Assembly (NCBI GenBank): GCA_014804645.1
Contig: JAAUZI010000049.1
Span: 1,680 to 65,679 of the forward strand
Origin: Lachnospiraceae bacterium
GTDB lineage: Bacteria; Bacillota; Clostridia; Lachnospirales; Lachnospiraceae
DNA length: 64,000 nucleotides
Direction: 5' to 3'
Below, piece after piece: positions 32,478 through 40,959 of the stretch (positions within the stretch are counted from its first letter, which is position 1; the number at the start of each line of letters is the position of its first letter). The position numbers and the translations under genes were made by a program. The notes beneath the pieces are model-generated. The model made no database searches and had not been told where the DNA came from. It saw only the letters and a list, made by a program, of their open reading frames with translations.

Positions 32478-33083
32478 ATGGCAAAGTACAGAAAATTGGG
32501 CAGAACTTCTTCCCAGAGAAAAGCTTTACTTAGAAATCAGGTGACTGCCCTGATTGCACACGGCAAGATCGTTACCACCCAGGCCAAGGCCAAGGAGGTA
32601 CAGAAGATCGTTGAGGGTCTCATTGCACTGGCTGTCAAGGAGAAGGACAACTACGAGACCGTTACCGTTACCGCCAAGGTTGCCCGCAAGGACAAGGACG
32701 GCAAGAGAGTAAAGCAGATCATTGACAAGGACACCAAGGCTGTGTTGTCCGAGACCCATCGCGATAAGGATGGAAAGATTCTGAGAATCGAGAACGGCGT
32801 GACCGTGACTGTGTACGATGAGGTGGAGAAGGAGATCAAGAAAGACCTCCCCAGCAGACTGCATGCCCGTCGTCAGATGATGAAAGTGCTGTATCCCGTA
32901 GTTGAGGTTCCCAAGGAAGCTGCCGGCAAAAAGAAAAACACCAAGGAAGTTGACCTGGTGGCAAAGCTGTTTGACGAGTATGCTCCCAAGTATGTGGACC
33001 GCAAGGGCGGCTACACCAGAATCATCAAGGTTGGACAGCGCAAAGGCGACGCTGCTCTGGAGGTTATTCTGGAGCTGGTATAA
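32478..33083 (+). CDS. rplQ: 50S ribosomal protein L17 with large internal insertion
   Basis: [37 protein letters not shown]; ATG 32478 after AAAGGA. Confidence 0.96.
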   Translation: MAKYRKLGRTSSQRKALLRNQVTALIAHGKIVTTQAKAKEVQKIVEGLIALAVKEKDNYETVTVTAKVARKDKDGKRVKQIIDKDTKAVLSETHRDKDGKILRIENGVTVTVYDEVEKEIKKDLPSRLHARRQMMKVLYPVVEVPKEAAGKKKNTKEVDLVAKLFDEYAPKYVDRKGGYTRIIKVGQRKGDAALEVILELV

Positions 33084-33094
33084 CAAAAAGAATC

Positions 33095-33132
33095 AAAAAG
33101 AGGAATTGATCTTTCATCAGTTCCTCTTTTTT
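33095..33132 (+). terminator. Terminator of alpha operon
   Basis: AAAAAGAGGAATTGAT/ATCAGTTCCTCTTTTT hairpin. Confidence 0.8.
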
Positions 33133-33172
33133 AGTATAATAAAGCTGGAACTTAAATACAGGAGAGAAGATT

Positions 33173-34726
33173 ATGTACGAATGCCCGGGCTGTGGAGCCA
33201 ACATGAAATTCAATATTGCGTCCCAACAGATGGCCTGTGTCTACTGTGGCATGCAGGTGGAGCCTCACAGCCTGCAAAAGGATGAGGACGCCACCTCGGA
33301 CGATACCTTTGAGATCACCCGATTTACCTGCCCCCAGTGTGGCGGCGAGATGCTCAGCGGCGATCAGGACGCCACAGCGTTCTGCAGTTTCTGCGGCGCC
33401 GCCAATATACTGACCAGCAGACTGGTGCGGGAAAAATGCCCCCGCTATATCATTCCCTTTAAAAAGACCAAGGAGGACTGCAAGAAGGCGTATGCTAAAA
33501 AAATGCGCTGGGCGCTCTTTGCTCCCCGGGAGATGCGTGACCCGTCCCACATAGACAGCTTTCGTGGGATATATATGCCCTACTGGACCTACCAGCTGGA
33601 GCAGAAGGGGGGCGTATGTTTTAAGGGCAAAAAAAGCTACCGGAAAGGGGATTATGTCTACACAGACCACTATGATTTGCAGGGGGAGATAGACGCCGAT
33701 TACTATGGCTTTTCCTATGACGCCTCCTCCACCTTTTACGACAATATCAGTGAATCTCTGGCTCCCTATTATGTGAAGGAGCAGGTGGAATTCACCCCGG
33801 CCTATCTCAGCGGTTTCTACGCGGATATTGCGGATGTGGACGAGTATCTATACCGTGATAATGCGCTGATGATGGCGAACGAGAGCAGCTGGGCACAGAT
33901 AAGCAGCACAAAAGCCTTTAAGAAATATAGTGTGAGCAGCACGAAGTCCAACTTGACGGAAAAGCTACATACCCAGTGTACTGCCGCCCACAGCACCATG
34001 TATCCGGTCTGGTTCCTGTCCTGGCGCAAGGACGACAGAGTGGCCTACGCCACCGTAAACGGCCAGACCGGAAAGGTGGCGGCGGACCTGCCCATTGACG
34101 TCAAAAAGTTTATTGCATTGGCATTGGCGCTGGCCGTTCCGCTGTTTATTCTGCTCAATATGATTGGTACGATGAAACCGAGTACTCTGCTGATACTGTG
34201 CAGTCTGCTGAGCATTGTCGCCGCCTGGATTTATCTGCTGGAGCTGCGGGCCATCCGCCGGCGGGAGAATAACGAGACGGACGCGGCGCTGCAGATGAAA
34301 GCGGCGTCCAAAACTCCATCGGTGATGTTGTCGCTGACATCGCTTATAATCTACATAATGTTTGGATGCATGTTTCTGCCCTTATGGCCAATCCTTGTCC
34401 TGGAATCTGGCGGGCGAGCCACAGTCATCTGGCCTCTTATAGCCCTGATAGTCTGTGCGGTATTTTTCTTTATGAGTCTATGGGCGGAGAAAAAGCTGGA
34501 AAACTACAGACACCGCTATGGAGGACTGGCTGCCATGGGAGCGCAGGCCGTGACAGCGATCATCTGTTATGTGAACCCGGTGTCGGACCTGTGGTATTAT
34601 CTGGGAGCGCTGCTGATCATGCTGTCTATACTGTATGATATTCTGGATATTCTGAGGAGCTATAACCGGCTTGCCATGCGCAGACTTCCTCAGTTTGACA
34701 AGCAGGGAGGTGACGACCGTGCGTAA
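33173..34726 (+). CDS. Double zinc-ribbon (TFIIB-like) membrane protein
   Basis: CPGCG, CVYCG, CPQCG, CSFCG; YMPYW; VNGQTGKV; C-terminal TMs. Confidence 0.8.
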   Translation: MYECPGCGANMKFNIASQQMACVYCGMQVEPHSLQKDEDATSDDTFEITRFTCPQCGGEMLSGDQDATAFCSFCGAANILTSRLVREKCPRYIIPFKKTKEDCKKAYAKKMRWALFAPREMRDPSHIDSFRGIYMPYWTYQLEQKGGVCFKGKKSYRKGDYVYTDHYDLQGEIDADYYGFSYDASSTFYDNISESLAPYYVKEQVEFTPAYLSGFYADIADVDEYLYRDNALMMANESSWAQISSTKAFKKYSVSSTKSNLTEKLHTQCTAAHSTMYPVWFLSWRKDDRVAYATVNGQTGKVAADLPIDVKKFIALALALAVPLFILLNMIGTMKPSTLLILCSLLSIVAAWIYLLELRAIRRRENNETDAALQMKAASKTPSVMLSLTSLIIYIMFGCMFLPLWPILVLESGGRATVIWPLIALIVCAVFFFMSLWAEKKLENYRHRYGGLAAMGAQAVTAIICYVNPVSDLWYYLGALLIMLSILYDILDILRSYNRLAMRRLPQFDKQGGDDRA

Positions 34727-35501
34727 GATTGGATGTTTCAAAATGCTGGGACTGCTGGTTAGCTTGCTGATCTTCCTGAGCGTGGGACTGCCGGTTAAGG
34801 CCGAGATATTCTACACCAATGAGAATACAGGCTATCAGGTGTACATAGAGGATGACGCAGGACTGCTGTCCGTGGCGGAGCAACAGGAACTGGCAGAGCA
34901 GATGCAGGGCATTACCGCCTACGGAAATGTAATGTTTAAGACCATAAGTGAAAACAGCTCCAGTACCGACGGTTATGCCAGGGAATTTTACCGTGAGCGC
35001 TTTGGCAGTTCCAGCGGCACCATGTTTCTCATCGATATGGATAACCGCAACATCTGGATACGCAATGACGGACGTATCAGCAAGATTATAACCAATGCCT
35101 ACTCCGACACGATCACGGACAACTGCTATCGATATGCCAGCAGGGGAGATTATTTCGGCTGTGCCCAGACGGCTTTCTCACAGATTGAGGCGCTGCTGGA
35201 AGGTCAGCGGATCGCCCAGCCCATGAAATATATCTGCAACGCCTTCCTGGCGATGATCCTGTCCCTGTTGTTTTCACTGGGACTGGTTCGTCTGATCTCG
35301 AAAAATACCGTACCCTGCCGCAATGATCTGTTGCGAGCGGCGCCCCACAAGTTTTGGCTGAACAATCCCCGGGCTATATACACGCACACCACCAAGGTGT
35401 ACGATCCGCCTTCCTCAAGCAGCAGCGGTGGCGGAGGCAGCAGCGGTGGAGGTGGAGGTGGCGGAGGCAGCAGCGGCAGCGGCGGTGGCCATAGTTTCTG
35501 A
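34719..35501 (+). CDS. TPM-domain protein with Gly/Ser-rich C-terminus (GTG start)
   Basis: Signal peptide, D.AGLLS, FLIDMDNR, TM, SSSGGGG tail. Confidence 0.8.
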   Translation: MRKIGCFKMLGLLVSLLIFLSVGLPVKAEIFYTNENTGYQVYIEDDAGLLSVAEQQELAEQMQGITAYGNVMFKTISENSSSTDGYAREFYRERFGSSSGTMFLIDMDNRNIWIRNDGRISKIITNAYSDTITDNCYRYASRGDYFGCAQTAFSQIEALLEGQRIAQPMKYICNAFLAMILSLLFSLGLVRLISKNTVPCRNDLLRAAPHKFWLNNPRAIYTHTTKVYDPPSSSSSGGGGSSGGGGGGGGSSGSGGGHSF

Positions 35502-35507
35502 CGCTCC

Positions 35508-36506
35508 TTACGGTGTTTTCTGAAAATGCTGGTAGTCCTTACAGGAGTTCCAGTCGCCGCCCCAGGTAAAGCCATGTTCTTTAAAAAGGCGGCAGCACAG
35601 ATCACTCTCATCGATCTTGTAGGGGAAGGACTTGCTGCGATCCGCATAGTCCTCTCCCGTGGCAGGGGCCACATTTATGGTGTGGTCCTTGTTGTAGGTA
35701 ATATAAGGATTGTACAGAGGATTGATGTCGATCGCCAGCCCGTAGGCATGCCGAGACAGGCTGGAGGAACCCGATACCACCCGATAGTTGAAACAGGAGG
35801 TATTGTTGTCCTCCATGGACAGATCATCGTCCCCGCCGTATTCGTCTATCAGACGGATTTTCTCGATCTGATACTCAGCCTTGTACAGTTCATAAAAGAT
35901 TTCCACAAGGTCCTGCGCTATGGCCTGGTTGCAAATCAGCTCGCCCTCTGCGGGATTTCCCTCAAAATCACAGTAAAGCACATGGACATATGAGAGGTCG
36001 CTGGTGAAAATAGCCGGTTCCTCCAGATTTTCGGGATAAGATACTCCCGTTATAAATTCTGCCAGACCATCGGAGAGGGGCTCATAGTAAAATCCCTCCT
36101 CCCATGTAATTCGCGCGTCCGCCATCAGTTCTTCGTTCAGAGAGAGGCCTGTCAGGGAAACGCTGTTGGGGTTTTTTGTCAAATTCTGCAGATCATCCGT
36201 CTCCATATCACTGTTCGCCTCATTTGTTTCCGGATTCTCTGTATCATATGCACCGCTCTCCGGGACTGATACACCTTCTGGCGCAGTTTCGGAAGACATA
36301 TCCGTCTCGGGGGATGGCGAAAATGCGGGAGTCGGCTCCGGTTCGGCACTCCCCGCCGGTGTTGAAGTGGGCTGGGGATATTCCTGGGCAATGTCCCCCA
36401 GGGTCTGGGAGCCGATTCCTGCGATACGGCTGACACTGACACATATGACGATCACCGCCCCAATGGCAGTAAGTCCTTTTAATAGGATATTCCATTTCTG
36501 ATTCAT
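35508..36506 (-). CDS. M15-family metallopeptidase (peptidoglycan peptidase)
   Basis: FNYR, SRHAYGLAIDINP, WGGDW...DYQHF; N-terminal anchor and Pro/Glu linker. Confidence 0.85.
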   Translation of the reverse strand: MNQKWNILLKGLTAIGAVIVICVSVSRIAGIGSQTLGDIAQEYPQPTSTPAGSAEPEPTPAFSPSPETDMSSETAPEGVSVPESGAYDTENPETNEANSDMETDDLQNLTKNPNSVSLTGLSLNEELMADARITWEEGFYYEPLSDGLAEFITGVSYPENLEEPAIFTSDLSYVHVLYCDFEGNPAEGELICNQAIAQDLVEIFYELYKAEYQIEKIRLIDEYGGDDDLSMEDNNTSCFNYRVVSGSSSLSRHAYGLAIDINPLYNPYITYNKDHTINVAPATGEDYADRSKSFPYKIDESDLCCRLFKEHGFTWGGDWNSCKDYQHFQKTP

Positions 36507-36562
36507 ATTCGATGTACCGTGTCCTTCCTTCTAGTTGTGGGCAGAGGCTTTGTTGTATTAGC

Positions 36563-36904
36563 TTAATCCCCATAGTAGTCCAGCATATATTCATAAATAT
36601 CTCTGGTTTGTTCTTCATCTCCCCATGATAAAGGGTCGTCCGCATAGCTTAGAATCCAAAATGGTTCTATGTCCTGAATGTTTCCTGGCAGATTTTCCCA
36701 TAAGCCAAACATTCTACTTGCAAAATATTTTATATCTGAACAATTTTCGTAAACTGCCTTTAATTTGCCCATTAGAATTTTGCCGAACCGATTGTAGTCA
36801 AGACCATTGTAATCAATATGTGTTCTTATATAAATAACAGCTTTTTTGATATCTGTTTCCCATTCTAAATAGAGCAAAATTGCATAAGCCAATAAATCCT
36901 CCAT
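36563..36904 (-). CDS. Small acidic AT-rich hypothetical protein
   Basis: ATG 36904 after GGGG; MEDLLAYAILLY...; composition more AT-rich than neighbours. Confidence 0.55.
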   Translation of the reverse strand: MEDLLAYAILLYLEWETDIKKAVIYIRTHIDYNGLDYNRFGKILMGKLKAVYENCSDIKYFASRMFGLWENLPGNIQDIEPFWILSYADDPLSWGDEEQTRDIYEYMLDYYGD

Positions 36905-37083
36905 ACATGACCCCCGATTCGGTGTTATTCTAAATATATCATAAGCACTCAGCAAATTCAATGTGAGCTGGCGAAATCGCCGGAGTTTTATCCCGGCAAC
37001 CATTATCTTAAAAGGGACTTTTTTATTTTGTGATTGTAAAAGCATGCTAATTTTAGTAAAATAGTAAGTTGAGGTATGTAGGA

Positions 37084-37989
37084 ATGAGTATTGTAAAAAC
37101 CGAGAATCTAGTGTATGAATATTTAAAACGGGACGAGGAAGGCAATGTGGAAGGTGTCACCAAGGCGGTGAACGATGTGTCGCTGCGCATTCGGCGCGGA
37201 GATTTCATAGCCATTGTAGGCCATAACGGTTCCGGAAAGTCCACTTTGGCCAAGCATATGAATGCCATACTGCAGCCCACTCAGGGCACGGTCTGGGTGG
37301 ATGGCATGGACACCCGGCAGGAGGACAGGGTCTGGGAAATCGGTCAGAGGGCCGGCATGGTGTTCCAGAACCCGGACAACCAGATTATCGGACAGCTGGT
37401 GGAGGAGGATGTGGGATTTGGCCCGGAAAATCTGGGCGTTCCCACTGAAGAGATATGGAAACGGGTGGAGGAGAGCCTGCGGGCAGTGGGGATGTATCAG
37501 TACCGCACTCACTCGCCGAACAAGCTTTCCGGCGGTCAGAAACAGCGGGTATCCATCGCGGGAGTGCTGGCCATGCATCCACAGTGTATTGTGCTGGACG
37601 AGCCCACCGCCATGCTGGACCCCAGCGGCCGTAGGGAAGTGATTTGCGCTGTCAGGGAGCTGAATCAGGCGGAGAAGGTCACGGTTATCCTGATTACCCA
37701 TTATATGGAGGAGGTTATCCATGCGGACCGGGTCTTTGTCATGGACCAGGGACGTATCGCCTTGGAGGGCACTCCCCGGGAGATATTTTCCCAGGTGGAG
37801 AGATTGCAGGAACTGCGGCTGGATGTGCCACAGGTGACGCTGCTGGCCCATGAGCTTCGGCGGCGAGGGCTGAAACTCCCGGAGGGAATTCTGACAACTC
37901 AGGAGCTGGTGAAGGCGCTTAGAAGGTATGAGTGGCCCCGGGCCGAGAGCGAGCCGGGAGAAGGGGGAGAAGATGGCGCTGACTGTTGA
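37084..37989 (+). CDS. ecfA1: ECF transporter ATPase A1
   Basis: GHNGSGKST, VFQNPDNQ, LSGGQKQR. Confidence 0.92.
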   Translation: MSIVKTENLVYEYLKRDEEGNVEGVTKAVNDVSLRIRRGDFIAIVGHNGSGKSTLAKHMNAILQPTQGTVWVDGMDTRQEDRVWEIGQRAGMVFQNPDNQIIGQLVEEDVGFGPENLGVPTEEIWKRVEESLRAVGMYQYRTHSPNKLSGGQKQRVSIAGVLAMHPQCIVLDEPTAMLDPSGRREVICAVRELNQAEKVTVILITHYMEEVIHADRVFVMDQGRIALEGTPREIFSQVERLQELRLDVPQVTLLAHELRRRGLKLPEGILTTQELVKALRRYEWPRAESEPGEGGEDGADC

Positions 37990-38818
37990 ACATGTGAATT
38001 ATATATATGATCCGGATACTCCCCAGGCCCGCAAGGCGCTGGACGATATCAGCCTGACGATACCGGAGGGACAGTTCATAGGGATCATAGGCCACACCGG
38101 TTCGGGAAAATCCACGCTTGTGCAGCATTTAAACGGGTTGATTAAGGCCACCGAGGGGCATATCTATTATAACGGACAGGACATTGACGCCAAAGATTAC
38201 GACAAGAAAGAACTGCGCAGCAGGGTGGGACTGGTGTTCCAGTACCCGGAGCATCAGCTGTTTGAGGTGGATGTGTTCTCGGATGTGTGTTTCGGACCTA
38301 AGAATCTGGGCCTGGACAAGGAAGAGGTGGAGCGGCGGGCTGGGGAGGCCCTGGAAAGGGTGGGGGTGCCAAGCGAGTTGTACACCCAGTCTCCCTTTGA
38401 GCTCTCCGGCGGCCAGAAACGGCGGGTGGCCATTGCCGGTGTGCTGGCCATGCAGCCCGAGATATTGATTCTGGATGAGCCCACTGCCGGTCTGGACCCC
38501 AAGGGGCGCCGTGAGATTTTGGACCAGATCAAGCAGCTGCAGATCCAGACCCACATGACCATTCTGTTGGTCAGCCACAGCATGGAAGATGTGGCTGAAT
38601 ATGTGGACAGGATTATCGTGATGAACCAGGGGAAAATCTTATACGACGATATTCCGCAGAAGATTTTCAAGCGTTACCGGGAACTGGAGGAGATCGGCCT
38701 GGGCGCTCCTCAGGTGACTTATATCCTGCAGACGCTGAAAAAGAGCGGCCTGCCGGTGGACACGGAGGCCACTACAGTGCAGGAGGCGGCAGATGAGATT
38801 ATGCGGGCGTTATACTGA
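37973..38818 (+). CDS. ecfA2: ECF transporter ATPase A2
   Basis: GHTGSGKST, FQYPEHQLFE, SPFELSGGQKRR. Confidence 0.92.
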   Translation: MALTVEHVNYIYDPDTPQARKALDDISLTIPEGQFIGIIGHTGSGKSTLVQHLNGLIKATEGHIYYNGQDIDAKDYDKKELRSRVGLVFQYPEHQLFEVDVFSDVCFGPKNLGLDKEEVERRAGEALERVGVPSELYTQSPFELSGGQKRRVAIAGVLAMQPEILILDEPTAGLDPKGRREILDQIKQLQIQTHMTILLVSHSMEDVAEYVDRIIVMNQGKILYDDIPQKIFKRYRELEEIGLGAPQVTYILQTLKKSGLPVDTEATTVQEAADEIMRALY

Positions 38819-38837
38819 CTAACATGGAGTTTTTTTT

Positions 38838-39638
38838 ATGCTGAGAGACATTACTTTGGGACAATATTATCAGACGGAGTCTGTGATCCACCGGTTGGAC
38901 CCGCGGGTAAAACTGGCGGGGACTCTGCTGTATATCATATCCCTGTTTCTGTTTGAAAATATAGTGGGCTATGTGCTGGCAGCCCTGTTTTTGGCTCTGG
39001 TGATCGGTCTGTCCCATGTGCCTTTTAAATTTATGGTGCGGGGCATGAAAGCCATTCTTTTTCTGCTGCTGATTACGGTGGTGTTCAACCTGTTTCTGAC
39101 TCCCGGTGAGACGCTGGTGAGTCTCTGGAAGTTGAAAATCACCCGGGAAGGGCTGCACAACGCCGTATTTATGGCTCTGCGCCTGTGCTTTCTGATTATG
39201 GGGTCGTCTGTCATGACCCTGACCACCACCCCCAACAACCTGACGGACGGCATGGAAAAGGGACTGCGGCCGCTGAAATTGTTTAAAGTACCGGTGCATG
39301 AGGTGGCCATGATTATGTCCATTGCTCTGCGCTTTATTCCCATTTTGCTGGAGGAGACGGACAAGATCATGAAGGCGCAGATCGCCAGAGGTGCGGATTT
39401 TGAGAGCGGCAATCTGATCCGGCGGGCCAAGGCCATGGTGCCCCTGCTGGTGCCCCTGTTTATCTCTGCTTTCCGCCGGGCCAACGATCTGGCCATGGCC
39501 ATGGAGGCTCGCTGTTATCGCGGCGGTGAGGGGCGGACCAAAATGAAACCGCTGATCTATCAGCGCAGGGACGGGCTTGCATATCTGTGTGTCCTGCTGT
39601 ATCTGGCATGCAAGGTGGCAGCGGGGATGCTAGTGTAA
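38838..39638 (+). CDS. ecfT: ECF transporter T component
   Basis: LDPRVKL, ALRFIP, AQIARG, AMEARCY. Confidence 0.93.
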   Translation: MLRDITLGQYYQTESVIHRLDPRVKLAGTLLYIISLFLFENIVGYVLAALFLALVIGLSHVPFKFMVRGMKAILFLLLITVVFNLFLTPGETLVSLWKLKITREGLHNAVFMALRLCFLIMGSSVMTLTTTPNNLTDGMEKGLRPLKLFKVPVHEVAMIMSIALRFIPILLEETDKIMKAQIARGADFESGNLIRRAKAMVPLLVPLFISAFRRANDLAMAMEARCYRGGEGRTKMKPLIYQRRDGLAYLCVLLYLACKVAAGMLV

Positions 39639-39697
39639 GAAGAAGTTCTAATTGCTTACAGCAAAGGCTGTTTCGCAAAGAACTTCTAATCTTACAC
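39633..39697 (+). ncRNA. Variant copy of the structured motif (ecfT-truA)
   Basis: GTGTAAGA-AGAAGTTCT...AGAACTTCT-AA-TCTTACAC: same basal geometry, different apex, no second hairpin. Confidence 0.5.
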
Positions 39698-39715
39698 ATG
39701 AGAAACGAGGTATGT

Positions 39716-40468
39716 ATGGAGAAAAAGAGGGTGCGTCTGACAGTTGCCTACGACGGAACGGCGTATCACGGCTGGCAGCTGCAGGAGAACGGCATTACCA
39801 TAGAGAGCGAGCTGAACCGCTGTCTGACCCAGCTGTTGGGAGAGCCAATTCAGGTCATCGGGGCCAGCCGCACAGACGCGGGGGTTCATGCTCTGGGCAA
39901 TATTGCCGTGTTTGATACCGCCGCCCGAATGCCGGCGGAAAAGATATCTTATGCGCTGAATCAGCGGCTGCCGGAGGACATTCGGATACAGCGTTCCGAG
40001 GAGGTTCCCCGGGACTGGCATCCCCGCCATGTGAAGAGCCGTAAGACCTATGAATACCGGATATACCGGGGGGCTTTTTCCATGCCCACCAGGCGGCTGT
40101 ACACCTACTTTACCTATCATGAGCTGGATGTGGAGGCGATGGATCGCGCGGCGCGGTATCTGGAGGGTGAACATGATTTCAAGAGCTTTTGCCAGACCGG
40201 TGCGCAGGTGGAGAGTACCGTGCGGCACATTTACTCCATAGAGCTGTGTGAGCAGGGGGCGGAGCTGGTGCTGAGAATCTGCGGCAGCGGTTTTCTCTAT
40301 AATATGGTAAGAATTATCGTCGGCACGCTGCTGGAGGTGGGCCGGGGCAGGCGCAGCCCGGAGGATATGGAGGCGGTGCTGGCCGCCTGCGACCGCCGGG
40401 CCGCGGGCCCCACCGCTCCCGCCCAGGGGCTTACGCTGATGAAATACGAATTTTTGGAAGAGAGATAA
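39716..40468 (+). CDS. truA: tRNA pseudouridine(38-40) synthase
   Basis: YDGTAYHGWQ, SRTDAGVHA, FLYNMVR. Confidence 0.96.
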   Translation: MEKKRVRLTVAYDGTAYHGWQLQENGITIESELNRCLTQLLGEPIQVIGASRTDAGVHALGNIAVFDTAARMPAEKISYALNQRLPEDIRIQRSEEVPRDWHPRHVKSRKTYEYRIYRGAFSMPTRRLYTYFTYHELDVEAMDRAARYLEGEHDFKSFCQTGAQVESTVRHIYSIELCEQGAELVLRICGSGFLYNMVRIIVGTLLEVGRGRRSPEDMEAVLAACDRRAAGPTAPAQGLTLMKYEFLEER

Positions 40469-40470
40469 GG

Positions 40471-40525
40471 TTGACAAGAGAGGTCGATAATGATAGACTT
40501 GTAGTAGGTCTATTGTTATCGACTT
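40471..40525 (+). promoter_or_regulatory. Promoter of blaI-like operon with overlapping inverted repeat (candidate operator)
   Basis: TTGACA-N17-TAGACT with extended TG; IR GTCGATAATGATAGAC/GTCTATTGTTATCGAC. Confidence 0.65.
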
Positions 40526-40582
40526 ATTTGCGTGAAAATACAGGCAGCGGAAAACCGTGTGTCTGCGGGAGTGGAGGTTATC

Positions 40583-40954
40583 ATGGAGTACGCTAAATTG
40601 TGTGACAGTGAATATCGTTTTATGCAGGTGGTGTGGGAGCATGCCCCGATTGGCAGCGGTCAGCTGGTGAAACTGTGCGAGGCCAGGCTGGGCTGGAAGA
40701 AGTCCACCACCTACACGGTGCTGAAAAAGCTGGTAGAGAAAGGGTATCTGCGCAATGACAATGCCCTGGTGACAGTGCTGGTGCCCCAGGAGAGGGCGGA
40801 GCGGGAGGAGTCCACATACTTCGTGGAGCGTACCTTTGGCGGTTCGCTGCCCCATTTTCTGGCAGCATTTCTTGGCGACAAGCAGTTGTCAACGCAGGAG
40901 GCGGAGGCCATAGAGGAAATGATCCGGGCCCACAGGGAGTCTGACGGGAGATAG
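40583..40954 (+). CDS. BlaI/MecI/CopY-family repressor
   Basis: L.DSE...M..VW, WKKSTTYTVLKKL.EKG, FGGSL..F; ATG 40583 after GGAGG. Confidence 0.9.
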   Translation: MEYAKLCDSEYRFMQVVWEHAPIGSGQLVKLCEARLGWKKSTTYTVLKKLVEKGYLRNDNALVTVLVPQERAEREESTYFVERTFGGSLPHFLAAFLGDKQLSTQEAEAIEEMIRAHRESDGR

Positions 40955-40959
40955 GATCT

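Noticed and set aside
17658-39697. Dispersed hairpins as integron attC sites or simple terminators
   Set aside because: They flank essential ribosomal genes, lack RYYYAAC/GTTRRRY ends, and no integrase is present; they have no U tracts and sit mid-operon.
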